Numbered from the stretch's first letter, positions 43,620 through 53,510 are shown. The stretch: DNA of 64,000 nucleotides from Myxococcota bacterium (GCA_022447545.1 JAKVBI010000017.1:69512-133511), one strand, 5' to 3'. Numbers and translations: made by a program. Notes: a model not told the origin generated them from the letters alone.

Positions 43620-45779
43620 ATGTCCGTAGGAATGAAGGGCGCGTGGGGGATTGTGTGGCCCGGTCTCGTGGCGCTCCTGGTATTGGCATCGTTCCACGCG
43701 GTTGGTGTGCGTTACGCCGGAGACTTTTCGTTGGATCTCGGGAGTCTTCGGTTTCCACGTCCGGGGATGCTGCGTTTCATGGCGGTCTGGACGTTCTTTT
43801 CGGCTCTGGCGTCGATCCCGCTGGGGCTCTGCCTGGCCCGTCTCTCAAGCAGATTGTCCGGGTCGGTGGCTTCGAAGGGAGAGGTCGTCGACCGATTCGT
43901 GCTGGTGCTCGGGGCGGGCATGGCTTTTCTGGTGCCCCTCGCGATTCGTTTTCTGGTGCTCGACAACGGTCCGTTGACCGATGACGAGAGTGCCTATCGG
44001 TTTATGGGGGAATTGCTCGCCAGTGGCCGGCTGAGCGTGGAGAGCCCTGAGCATCCGGAATTTTTCAGCCGCGGCTTCATGATCAACGACGGTCGGCTGT
44101 ACTCACAGTATTTCGTCGGGTGGCCTGCGCTGCTTGCGGTCGGGGAATGGTTTGGGGCCGCGGCAGCGATGAATGCAGTCTGTGCGTCTCTCACCGCGGT
44201 GGCCGCGTTCCGGGTCGCTCAAAGGTTGGCTGGAAGCGCAGTCGCACGCTGGGTGTTGTTGGTCTACGTGACTTCGCCAATGTCCATGATCGCTGCCGCC
44301 ACGGACCTCTCTCATACGAGCTGTGTCATGGCGTTGGCGTGGATGACCTGGTTCTCTCTGAGGACAGGCGGCGGCGACGCGAGGGCTCGGGATTTCGCGG
44401 GGGTCGCCATCGCCTTCGGTTTGGCGTTCTTCATTCGGCCCCTCGCTGCTCTGGGAGTGGGGGCACCGTTCTTGGTCGTGGTTGCTGCGCGATTGCTCGG
44501 GCCGCTTGGGTCTCGAACCAACCTGTTGGCTTTCGCGGCACCCGCATTGGCGTTGGCCGGGATGTTCTTCGCTGTGAATCACATCCAGAACGGGTCGTGG
44601 TGGACGACTTCCTATCAGCAGATGGTTTCCTATTCGGAAGAGTCATCGTACCTCTACTCGGGGATGTCCAGGGGGTTCATGTTGGCGGGGGGGGATGTTC
44701 CTGCGCCCTCCTGGGACTGGGACCGCGCGCTGGCGAATACGGGCAACGGTCTGTTTCGTTTGAACATCGCCCTCTTTGGATGGCCCTTCTTTCTGCTTTT
44801 TGCCGTGCTGTCCATTGGGATGAAGGAGTCGAGGATCCTATGGGCGAGCTTCGGCAGTTTTCTCTTGTTTCATCTCTTCCTGGATCACGCTGGAATCGAC
44901 AGTTTCGGACCGGTGTATTTCATGGAACTCTCCTGGCCAGTGTTGATCCTGAGTGGGTTGGGATTGGCCGAAGCAACGCGTCGTTTGGGTTCAGGGTTCC
45001 CGGATTCGGTGCTTTCGCGTCTTCCGGTCGGGATTTTGATGGCATTCGTTGCGGTTTCGACCGTCGGCTATGTCCCGATCCGACTGGGAGCTCTCGAGAA
45101 GATCAGTGAACGAACGACATCACCGCGTGACACGGTGGGCGCACTGGCGGTTGGCCGGGTCGTGGTGTTTGCTCAGCGCCCCTTTGTGGCTTCGTGCATG
45201 GGTCCAAGGGGCCACGTGCTCTGGCGCCCCAATAACGATCCTGATCTTGAGAACGACGTACTATGGGTCAACCATCTGGATGTGCAACGCGATCAGGCAT
45301 TGATGAAGTCCTTTCCTGGGCGGACCGGCTACGTGATGCTTTGGACACGAGACTGTCGCGTGGAATTGCTCGCACTTTCGGAGCTTGAGGCCGGTGATGT
45401 TCCTCCTGGCTATGTAGGACCCAACAAAACCTGGCCCCCGATCTGTGCGGACCCCTGGTTGTGTTGGGCCGGGGAGCAACTCACCGTCGAAACAGCGTGC
45501 GCCAATGAAGGGGCCGAGGCGGATGAAAAACTGGCCAGGGGGGATCGCGTCTTCGAGGCGAATTTCTCATGGGTCTCGGAGCATCCCAGGGTGCAGAGGT
45601 TTCTCGATATTCAGCGGGTTGGCGATTCAGATCACACCCGCTTGGGGGTCCGAGGGCTGACTTCCCGTTCGGTTCTGCTGGATCTCGACGAGCGGTACCG
45701 TTGGAAATTGGTTTCCGCTACTGACGGGAGAAGACGTTCGGCGGGTTGGTTGGAATTCGAATCCCCGAATTGCACGTGA
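43620..45779 (+). CDS. GT-C fold polytopic glycosyltransferase (ArnT/PMT-like) with a ~250-aa C-terminal soluble domain
   Basis: GGAGG SD. First periplasmic loop GPLTDDESAYRFMGELLASG (acidic DE motif as in PMT/ArnT enzymes). Many TM helices. The C-terminal third is non-hydrophobic and Cys/Trp-rich. Confidence 0.65.
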   Translation: MSVGMKGAWGIVWPGLVALLVLASFHAVGVRYAGDFSLDLGSLRFPRPGMLRFMAVWTFFSALASIPLGLCLARLSSRLSGSVASKGEVVDRFVLVLGAGMAFLVPLAIRFLVLDNGPLTDDESAYRFMGELLASGRLSVESPEHPEFFSRGFMINDGRLYSQYFVGWPALLAVGEWFGAAAAMNAVCASLTAVAAFRVAQRLAGSAVARWVLLVYVTSPMSMIAAATDLSHTSCVMALAWMTWFSLRTGGGDARARDFAGVAIAFGLAFFIRPLAALGVGAPFLVVVAARLLGPLGSRTNLLAFAAPALALAGMFFAVNHIQNGSWWTTSYQQMVSYSEESSYLYSGMSRGFMLAGGDVPAPSWDWDRALANTGNGLFRLNIALFGWPFFLLFAVLSIGMKESRILWASFGSFLLFHLFLDHAGIDSFGPVYFMELSWPVLILSGLGLAEATRRLGSGFPDSVLSRLPVGILMAFVAVSTVGYVPIRLGALEKISERTTSPRDTVGALAVGRVVVFAQRPFVASCMGPRGHVLWRPNNDPDLENDVLWVNHLDVQRDQALMKSFPGRTGYVMLWTRDCRVELLALSELEAGDVPPGYVGPNKTWPPICADPWLCWAGEQLTVETACANEGAEADEKLARGDRVFEANFSWVSEHPRVQRFLDIQRVGDSDHTRLGVRGLTSRSVLLDLDERYRWKLVSATDGRRRSAGWLEFESPNCT

Positions 45780-45818
45780 TGGACGATGATCGATGCCTTG
45801 AGGCACGAGGGAGTTGGA

Positions 45819-46658
45819 ATGAAGGATCTCCGTGAAAAAGTGGGTGTGGTAACCGGTGCGGCGAGTGGTATTGGACTGGCTCTCGTCGAAACCATGCTCG
45901 GCGCGGGCATGAAAGTCGTGATGGCGGATGTGGAAGAGGCATCGTTGACCGCGGAATCCGACAGGCTGGCTGGGCAGGGAGGGGCGGTGGAACCCGTACA
46001 CTGTGACGTGCGCGATCCCGTCTCGGTCGAGGCCCTTGCCACAGCGACCCTGACTCGTTTCGGGGGCGTTCATGTGGTCTGCAATAATGCTGGAGTCGCC
46101 CCTGCGGGCCCGATGCTCGAAACGACACCCGCCGATTGGAAGTGGATCACTGAGGTGAATGTTTTGGGGGTTGCCTACGGGGTGACGACCTTCGGCCCGC
46201 TGTTGGTCGAGGCGGGCGAGGGGCACATCGTCAATACCGCCTCCGAGGCTGGGTTGGTGACGAATTCGGTGCTGGGCATGTATTGCGCCACCAAGCATGC
46301 GGTGCTGGGTCTGAGCGAGTCGCTGTATCGGGAACTCGAGCCCCAGGGTGTCGGGGTTTCTGTGCTGTGCCCGAGCCTGGTTCGAACCAAGATCTTTCAC
46401 TCCGAGCGAAATCGTGACGAGTCCGTCGATCCCACGGCCGCGCAGACCTCGACGATCGGGAGCCTGCGTGAAGCGCTTTCGAGTATGGGCATTCCACCCA
46501 TGCAGGTGGCCGGGGACGTTCTAACAGCGATCCGTGAGCAGCGGTTTTGGATTCTGACCCACGGCATGACGGGTGTGGCGGCATCCAAGCGTTTTGAGGA
46601 TCTGCAGGCTAACCGGAATCCCAGTGACCCCTACGAGGGAGCGTCGGTCGAGCTTTGA
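45819..46658 (+). CDS. short-chain dehydrogenase/reductase (SDR)
   Basis: ATG 45819 after GGAG. TGAASGIG and YCATK motifs. The N-terminus is collinear with 19126..20040. Confidence 0.85.
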   Translation: MKDLREKVGVVTGAASGIGLALVETMLGAGMKVVMADVEEASLTAESDRLAGQGGAVEPVHCDVRDPVSVEALATATLTRFGGVHVVCNNAGVAPAGPMLETTPADWKWITEVNVLGVAYGVTTFGPLLVEAGEGHIVNTASEAGLVTNSVLGMYCATKHAVLGLSESLYRELEPQGVGVSVLCPSLVRTKIFHSERNRDESVDPTAAQTSTIGSLREALSSMGIPPMQVAGDVLTAIREQRFWILTHGMTGVAASKRFEDLQANRNPSDPYEGASVEL

Positions 46659-46670
46659 ACCGATCGTGGG

Positions 46671-47123
46671 CTATCGAGTCCAATCGTCGGGCGCCTGCCC
46701 GTCGTTGACGTCGGAATGAACAGCCGCGGCGGACACCTGTTCAACGTGAACGGTTACAGTGACACGTTCGTCGGCGGGGCCGTCGAATGGGTAGTCATCT
46801 TGTCCCATGTACTTCACCGCGATTGAATTGATGAAGCTTCGGTCCGTGTCGTCCTCCAGAGTGGCGCGCCCGCGGATCTCGAGATAGCGCCAGATGTTTG
46901 ACGGGTCGGGAATCGAAAGTGAGATTCGATCGTCGAAACGCAGGTTGCGGTACTTCTTGCGCGACTTGGTGATGCTGAACCGAATGTGTTCTCCATCCCA
47001 GATGAGACAGACCGGGTGATTGGACATCATTCCGTCGGGGCGCATGGTTGCGACGTGGGGAAAACATTTGCCCTCGAGAATGTCCATGTGGCTTGCCGGG
47101 ATCTCGGAATATGCCTGTGCCAT
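46671..47123 (-). CDS. pyridoxamine-5'-phosphate-oxidase (PPOX) family flavin/deazaflavin-binding protein
   Basis: 150 aa from ATG 47123. PHVATMRPDGMMSNHPVCLIWDGEHIRFSITKSRKKYRNL is typical of the PPOX split-barrel family. The 281-aa track ORF is a 5' extension into the upstream gene. Confidence 0.7.
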   Translation of the reverse strand: MAQAYSEIPASHMDILEGKCFPHVATMRPDGMMSNHPVCLIWDGEHIRFSITKSRKKYRNLRFDDRISLSIPDPSNIWRYLEIRGRATLEDDTDRSFINSIAVKYMGQDDYPFDGPADERVTVTVHVEQVSAAAVHSDVNDGQAPDDWTR

Positions 47124-47163
47124 GGGTCCTCTTTCGGTACTGGGTGGTATTGATCCGTAGGAC

Positions 47164-48354
47164 TCAACTCGTTCGCGACAGGATGAATCGCTCCCGGTAT
47201 TCGCGGAAATCTGCGGCCAGTTGGTCTTCGTTGAAGCCGAATTTCTCCATGCTGTACTCGTGCGGTGGCCGGTTTTCGCGACGGTTTTCCTGTGACCACC
47301 GGAGGACCTCCGCTTCCGCCTCGCTGGAGAGAGTACGGTTCGTCGCTTCGAGGATCTTTCGAACCTGGCCCACCGGGTCCGTGGCGACGTCCTTGTACCA
47401 GATGTCGACGAAGCGATCGGGGTAGCGATCGTTGCGCATTTCCAGGGCGTGGCGAAGCGCATGTTTCCAGTTGCTCCCCCAGACCCTTCCCACCTGGTGA
47501 GGGTCGGGTTCGTCACTGGCCAGCTGCCAGAGAAACAGTTGCAGGCTGCAGATCGATGGGATGGTTTCGAGGGCGTCGCGGTGGGTCTGAACGATTCGTG
47601 TGTCGGGGAAAGCCTCCAGGAGCACTTCGACGACGCCCAGATGGAAGGGAGCCTTGAGGACCCAGGAACTCGCCTCTTGCCCCGCGGCGCGCTTCTGCCA
47701 CTGCAGGAACCGCAACAAGGTCTTCAGGTATTCATACGCCTGGGTGCGGTCCTGCTCCCGGACCCACCGTCCAAATTCCGGCACGTTGGCATGAGATTCT
47801 GGCATCCACGACAGGAAGGTGTTCTCCAGCAGCATGATCTCTTCATCCGGACCTTCTGCGTCCCAGGGGTGTACGGTGGCGAGTTCGGGTACTGCTTCCA
47901 GGAGTTGGCGGACCTCTTCTTTTGCTGCGGGAATTCGTCCGTCGTCTTTCGTCCAGTCGTTTTCCGGAAATGGGGCTGGGTAGCGGCACTCGTACCAAAG
48001 CACCGCGTACGTATCCGGGTCGCTGGCCAATAGCCGGTGGAGCATGGTCGTTCCCGTGCGGGGCAACCCACAGACAACCACCGGCACGTGGAGTTCTTCA
48101 TCGTGAATCTCCGGGTGGCGGGTCAGCCAGTCTTCCAGGCTCAGGCGGTTGAGTAGCAGGCCGATGGTGCGTTCGCGCTGGGCTGCCCGCCCGTTTTCGT
48201 TGAGATTTGCCTCGCTCTCGTAGGCGTCGAGCATGCGTCGCATCGGTTCCTGGAAGGACTCGTCACCGAAGTTCTCCAGGCCACAGCGCTCACGCGCTTC
48301 GGCAATGATGGAATCCGCGTCCAAGCTTTGCGGATCGAAATTGGTCTGGCCCAA
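47164..48354 (-). CDS. sulfotransferase family protein
   Basis: 5'-phosphosulfate-binding loop GLPRTGTTMLHRLL. 396 aa. Confidence 0.8.
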   Translation of the reverse strand: MGQTNFDPQSLDADSIIAEARERCGLENFGDESFQEPMRRMLDAYESEANLNENGRAAQRERTIGLLLNRLSLEDWLTRHPEIHDEELHVPVVVCGLPRTGTTMLHRLLASDPDTYAVLWYECRYPAPFPENDWTKDDGRIPAAKEEVRQLLEAVPELATVHPWDAEGPDEEIMLLENTFLSWMPESHANVPEFGRWVREQDRTQAYEYLKTLLRFLQWQKRAAGQEASSWVLKAPFHLGVVEVLLEAFPDTRIVQTHRDALETIPSICSLQLFLWQLASDEPDPHQVGRVWGSNWKHALRHALEMRNDRYPDRFVDIWYKDVATDPVGQVRKILEATNRTLSSEAEAEVLRWSQENRRENRPPHEYSMEKFGFNEDQLAADFREYRERFILSRTS

Positions 48355-48464
48355 GACAACCTCCCGTGCTCTGTTGTTCGTACGCGCTCACCCATCGAGG
48401 GCGCCGGCGGCAGAATACAAGAAATTTTCCAGGCTCGGCGCCGATTCACCGCGCTCCCACGTCC

Positions 48465-49346
48465 TCAGAGTTCGGAGGCTGCAGGGATGATCTCGCGAGC
48501 GAACTGGGAGAGGCTGCTCCCCTGGTAGAGGTCCGGCAGGTTGACGATGGCATGTTGTACGCCGGCCCCGGCCAGATTCTTCAGATGGGTGATCGCTCCC
48601 CGGGGGCTTTGGCCGCCGGGGGAAAGGTCGATGGTCGAAAGCGTGGTGCGTTCGATATCGTCGTAGGTTCGATCGTATTCTTCGCAATGTCGCCGGAGAA
48701 TCTCCAATTTTGAGCGGATGCCATCCACCCCGACATAGTCGAATAGATTGCAGGCGTCTGCGTATTTCGCGACGAGACGGAGTGTTTTTCGCTCCCCCAA
48801 ACCGCCGATGAGGATGCGGGGGCGAGGATGGGAGATCGGTGCGGGTACCGACAATGTTTCTGCCAGTCGATAGTGTTTTCCTGTGAAGGGGCCGTTTTTT
48901 CTGGACCACATTTGCTGCACGATTTGAAGGGTCTCCTCTAATCGTTCGAAGCGTTCGTCGAGGGGCGGGAACGGGATTCCGAGTCCACGGTGTTCTCGTT
49001 CGAACCAGGCCGCACCGATTCCAAGGATGGCGCGCCCTCCAGATAGGACGTCGAGAGTGGTGGCGGTCTTGGCCAGGATGCCAGGGTGGCGATAGGTCAC
49101 GCCCGTGACGAGTGTGCCGAGGCTCACCCGCTCGGTCATTGCGCTGAGATAGGAGAGGGTGGAGTAGCCCTCGAGCATCTCTTGCTCGGCGGGGCCGATG
49201 AAATCGATTTGGAAAAAGTGATCCATGACCCACAAACTCGCAAAGCCTGAATCTTCGGCTCGGCGCGCTACGTCGGCCAATCGCTGGCGCAGAGTCGCGG
49301 GTTCCTCTCCTGTGGTGAAACTTGGAATTTGTAGACCGATGCGCAT
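48465..49346 (-). CDS. luciferase-like monooxygenase (LLM) class flavin/F420-dependent oxidoreductase
   Basis: The N-terminus MRIGLQIPSFT...FASLWVMDHFFQ is typical of the LLM class. 293 aa. Confidence 0.8.
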   Translation of the reverse strand: MRIGLQIPSFTTGEEPATLRQRLADVARRAEDSGFASLWVMDHFFQIDFIGPAEQEMLEGYSTLSYLSAMTERVSLGTLVTGVTYRHPGILAKTATTLDVLSGGRAILGIGAAWFEREHRGLGIPFPPLDERFERLEETLQIVQQMWSRKNGPFTGKHYRLAETLSVPAPISHPRPRILIGGLGERKTLRLVAKYADACNLFDYVGVDGIRSKLEILRRHCEEYDRTYDDIERTTLSTIDLSPGGQSPRGAITHLKNLAGAGVQHAIVNLPDLYQGSSLSQFAREIIPAASEL

Positions 49347-49504
49347 GCGGATCTCCTCGTGGCGCTAGTCAAGGGCCATGATAGTGTGGGGCACCCTAGA
49401 AGGGGCGGATTGGGGGCGAGGTCCGGTGGTTCGTGCGCCAGATTGACGGCCACGATGCGGGGCCGATGTGTGAAAATGCGGCCCGCGAGGGAGAAGAAGA
49501 AAAC

Positions 49505-50749
49505 ATGCGACTGGAATCGAGAGTTCTTCAATACGGTGGTGCGATGTACGACCAGGAGGAGATCGACGCGGTCATGGCTCAGTTGCATGCGCCCATGGGA
49601 CTCGTGCCTGGTGAAAAGGTCCGTGAGTTCGAGGGGCGGGTTTCGAGCTACATGGGGAAAGAGCATGGCGTGATGGTGAACTCCGGATCGTCGGCTCTAA
49701 TGGTGGCCATGAGGCTTGCTGATCTTCCGTTGGGCTCGGAGGTCGTGACTCCGGCCCTTACGTTTTCCTCGGATGTGGCCAGTATCTATCACGTGGGCTG
49801 CACGCCTGTTTTTATCGATTCCGGGCTCTCCGACTATCAGTTGTGCGTGGACCGCATCGAAGGAGTCCTGACAGAGAAAACTCGAGCGATCCTGATTCCG
49901 GACCTGGTAGGCGGAATCTGTGACTGGGATGTCGTGCGTGAAGTCGCAGACCGGCATGGTCTGTTCGTGATCCACGACAGCGCAGATACTCTGGGCGGAA
50001 AAATTCGTGGGCGGCCCACGGCAACTCGAGCAGATGTTTCAATCACGAGTTTCTCTCCACACCACATCATTACTGCTCTTGGTAACGGCGGCATGGTGTT
50101 CTTCGACGACGAACGTTTCCTCGACCGGGCCTTGGCGTTGCGTGCCTGGGGCCGATCTTCGGAGAAGTGGATGCATGGAACGCGACGGACGGACAGCGAC
50201 GGGCGTTTCCTAGAGGAACTTGATGGCGTCGAGTACGACGGTCTCTTCATTTTTGAGGAGAACGCGTACGGTTTCATTCCCAGTGAGTGCGGAGCGGCTT
50301 TTGGAATCGCTCAGATGAACAAAATCGACAAACTCTGGGAGTTGCGGGCCGAGCGCTTTCGGTGGCATACGGAATTTCTGGCACGGCACGAGGACAAATT
50401 CATTCTTCCAACCATCCTGCCTGAAACCGAAACCACCTGGCTCTGCTACCCGGTCCAATTGAGGCCCGAGACGGGTTGGAGTCGCCGCAAGCTGCAGATT
50501 CAACTCGAGGACTCTGGCATCGTGAGCCGAGTGATCTTTTCGGGCAACATTACTCGTCATCCAATGCTGGACGGCCATGAATACCGAGTGGATCCGCTAG
50601 GGCTCGCCAACTGCGATCAGATTATGGAGCACGGGATCATGTTGCCGTGCCATCCGACGTTGTCCCGAGAGGACTGCGAGTATCTCTATCAAGTCATTGG
50701 TGACTTCATCGATGCGAACGGGGAGGTCACGGTCGCCAATCGGGGGTGA
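49505..50749 (+). CDS. DegT/DnrJ/EryC1-family enzyme of the RfbH(E1)/ColD type (sugar 3-dehydratase-like; active-site Lys replaced by His)
   Basis: ATG 49505 after GGGAGAAG. GSSALMVAM and VIHDSADTLG (DxxD/H region). SFSPHHIITALGNGGMVF sits where aminotransferases have SFxxxKxxxxxxGGxV. The His codon is at 50063-50065. Confidence 0.7.
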   Translation: MRLESRVLQYGGAMYDQEEIDAVMAQLHAPMGLVPGEKVREFEGRVSSYMGKEHGVMVNSGSSALMVAMRLADLPLGSEVVTPALTFSSDVASIYHVGCTPVFIDSGLSDYQLCVDRIEGVLTEKTRAILIPDLVGGICDWDVVREVADRHGLFVIHDSADTLGGKIRGRPTATRADVSITSFSPHHIITALGNGGMVFFDDERFLDRALALRAWGRSSEKWMHGTRRTDSDGRFLEELDGVEYDGLFIFEENAYGFIPSECGAAFGIAQMNKIDKLWELRAERFRWHTEFLARHEDKFILPTILPETETTWLCYPVQLRPETGWSRRKLQIQLEDSGIVSRVIFSGNITRHPMLDGHEYRVDPLGLANCDQIMEHGIMLPCHPTLSREDCEYLYQVIGDFIDANGEVTVANRG

Positions 50750-50916
50750 GACCCGATCCGGTTCGTGTTTCCAGGTGTGGCTCGGGAACGATCGGATGGT
50801 TATCGGGAAACTGGAATTCTGCTGTAACGAACTCGTATGACTGGCAGTCTGCAATGGGTGCACTGGTCGAGTGTCCCGTCTTTTTTATTTCATCCATCTA
50901 TCTGGGAGATCCGAGT

Positions 50917-52152
50917 ATGTCCAATTCCAACAAACTCCTCGACGGCGTACGTGTCATCGAATCCAGCCTGCTCGGGCCTGGCCATGTCGCCACGTTCTTC
51001 GCCGATCTGGGTGCTGACGTGATCAAGGTCGAGCCGCCTGCCGGTGACTACATTCGGCAGATGACCTGGCCCATCGTTAACGGGGTCTCACTTCTACACC
51101 TGCATACCCATCGCGGAAAACGTAGCGTCGTTTTGAACCTGAAGACTTCCGAGGGGGTAGATCTCTACAAGGAACTCGTGGCCAATGCCGATGTGGTGGT
51201 GGAAGCCATGCGCCCCGGATCTCTCGCGAAGTTGGGTCTTGGCTACGAGGATCTGAAGGCGATCAACCCCCGGATCGTGTTCGCCACTCTTTCGGGTTAT
51301 GGGGCGACGGGTCCCTACAAGGACATGCCCAGCCATGGGATCGCCTACGACACCTGGTCAGGAATCGTTCAACCCATCGTAGACGATGAAGGGTTTTGTC
51401 GGATTCCACCGAACATGCCCAATGTGGGAATCAATGTGGGCCCCATGCTGGGAGCCATCGCGATCCTGGCCGGTGTCATTAAGGCCCGAGAGTCCGGGCA
51501 GGGCTGCGAGATGGAAATGGCTCAGTCCGATGCCTCGGCTTACATGGATTGGTACCGGATCGAGAGCGAGCGGGCGTATCTCAGGCCCGAAGATGAGGTA
51601 ACCGGAAACCCGGCGGACAATTACGAGCGGCGTCCGGCGGGTCTGGCCGGGATGTGGGGTGGTGTTCGTTATCAGGCCTACGAGGCCAGTGATGGGCACG
51701 TTTTGTTCATGGCATCCGAGCGCGCGTTTTGGAAAAACTTTTGTCAGGGAATCGACCGAATGGATCTGTTCGAGAAGTGGCCGGGTGAGCGGGTTGCCGA
51801 TCATGCGCGTGGCAATGTCGAACTCCAGAGGGAACTTCGGGAGATCTTCCGCACGCGGACTGTGAACGATTGGCTCACGTTCAGTAACGAACACAACACC
51901 ACGATCGCTACCTTTAATACACCTGCCAACATCGGGGACGATCCCCAGTTCAAAGCGCGGATGGACTTCCTTCCGATTGACGCTGTGGGCTGCGAGCAAC
52001 TGCCTTTGCCGGTCTTCGTAGGGGGTGAGGCGCTGCCTGTTCCTAGCATGGCGCCTACTGTGGGGGAACACACGGAAGAGGTTGTACGTGAGGTCCTCGG
52101 CCGTGATGACGCGGGCGTGGAATCTTTGCGCGAAAAGGGTGCGTTCGGCTGA
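50917..52152 (+). CDS. CaiB/BaiF family III CoA-transferase
   Basis: LLDGVRVIESSLLGPGHVATFFADLGADVIKVEPP is a typical N-terminus. 411 aa from ATG 50917. Confidence 0.85.
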   Translation: MSNSNKLLDGVRVIESSLLGPGHVATFFADLGADVIKVEPPAGDYIRQMTWPIVNGVSLLHLHTHRGKRSVVLNLKTSEGVDLYKELVANADVVVEAMRPGSLAKLGLGYEDLKAINPRIVFATLSGYGATGPYKDMPSHGIAYDTWSGIVQPIVDDEGFCRIPPNMPNVGINVGPMLGAIAILAGVIKARESGQGCEMEMAQSDASAYMDWYRIESERAYLRPEDEVTGNPADNYERRPAGLAGMWGGVRYQAYEASDGHVLFMASERAFWKNFCQGIDRMDLFEKWPGERVADHARGNVELQRELREIFRTRTVNDWLTFSNEHNTTIATFNTPANIGDDPQFKARMDFLPIDAVGCEQLPLPVFVGGEALPVPSMAPTVGEHTEEVVREVLGRDDAGVESLREKGAFG

Positions 52153-52171
52153 TCGGGTCGGTCGTGAAGGG

Positions 52172-53341
52172 CTAGTCGAGTCCGTACAGTTTGGCGGCGT
52201 TGTCGTGGAGGATCTTTCGCCGGGTCTCCTCATTGAGGTGGCCCATTGCCGCCTCGACGTAGTCACGGGGGTGCTGCGCCAGGCCGTCGACGAGCCCCGG
52301 GTGCTGACAGGTGGGATGAGGGAAGTCTGTCTCCCACAGAATATTGTCTACGTATTGCTCGACGGCTCCGTGCATTCCCTCGCGCTCGAGCCAGAAGCAA
52401 CCGTAGATCTGTCGTCGGAAATACTCACTCGGAAGCAGGTCGTACTCGGGGTGCTCCTTGCGGATCTGTCCGTTCACCCACTGCCAGTCGGCCATTTCGA
52501 GGTAGGTGGGGATCCAGCCCACTCCGCTCTCGACGGATACCATGTCGAGGTTTGGGAAGCGGTGGCAAACGCCCCCAAAGATGAGATCGGCGAAGCAATT
52601 TGCGTTCTGCATGAAGACCAACGACGAGATGCGGCCGAAATTGGCCCGGGTGCCGATCTTCATGGAGTCATTGACGAGATCACTGAGGTCCCCAGCCCCG
52701 ATGTGGAAGCTGATGGAGACTCCGGCCTCTTGGGCAGCTGCCCAGAAGGGGTCCCAGTGGGCATCCGCCAGTCGTGGCTGGCCGAAGGCCTGGGGCTCGG
52801 AGCAGGCGAGAACGGCTTTGTGGCCGATGGATGCCGCACGCTGTACTTCGGCCACGGCTTGATCTCGGTCCCAAAAGGGCATGGCGGCAACCGCCACGAG
52901 GCGCTCCGGGGCGACACTGGCCCATTCGACTAGGAAGTCGTTGTAGGCACGCACGCACTCGAGCATCAATTCTGGCTCCTTGAGGCGTAGGAAACCGCCC
53001 GATCCGAAACCTCCAACATTGGGGTAGAGGACCTGCACTTGGATGCCCTCGGCATCCATATGCTCGATGCGTGCCGCGGAGTCGTAGGCGCTCTTGGGAA
53101 TGTCGTCGTATCCCATGGGTCCCTCGGGATAGGAACCGTCGAAACCTGCCATGGTGGTTGGCCCGGGAGCCCCGCATGGCTGTCCTTCGATGAGCCAGAC
53201 GTCTCGTCCTTCGATTCTTTCGATGTGGGGGATGGCTTCACCCCATTTGCTTGCCACTCGGGAGGTCCAGAGGTCAGCGGGTTCGGTGATGTGGGTGTCG
53301 GTGTCGATGGCTCGATATTCTTCGAATGCGGGTGCGCTCAT
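52172..53341 (-). CDS. amidohydrolase-2 family protein
   Basis: ATG 53341. AIDTDTHITEP metal motif. ETDFPHP near the C-terminus. Confidence 0.85.
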   Translation of the reverse strand: MSAPAFEEYRAIDTDTHITEPADLWTSRVASKWGEAIPHIERIEGRDVWLIEGQPCGAPGPTTMAGFDGSYPEGPMGYDDIPKSAYDSAARIEHMDAEGIQVQVLYPNVGGFGSGGFLRLKEPELMLECVRAYNDFLVEWASVAPERLVAVAAMPFWDRDQAVAEVQRAASIGHKAVLACSEPQAFGQPRLADAHWDPFWAAAQEAGVSISFHIGAGDLSDLVNDSMKIGTRANFGRISSLVFMQNANCFADLIFGGVCHRFPNLDMVSVESGVGWIPTYLEMADWQWVNGQIRKEHPEYDLLPSEYFRRQIYGCFWLEREGMHGAVEQYVDNILWETDFPHPTCQHPGLVDGLAQHPRDYVEAAMGHLNEETRRKILHDNAAKLYGLD

Positions 53342-53510
53342 GGGGCCCTCTTGGGTACGAGTTGACCCAACCAAGATAACAGTGACTTACAACCGCGTAT
53401 ACCATCGTTCTTCTGCAACCCAGCCCACGGAATTTCGGAGGTTGCTGGCGGTTGAGCGAGGAGCGATGGTGTGGGTGTCTGCTGAGCCACCGATGGAGGT
53501 TTGACTTTTT

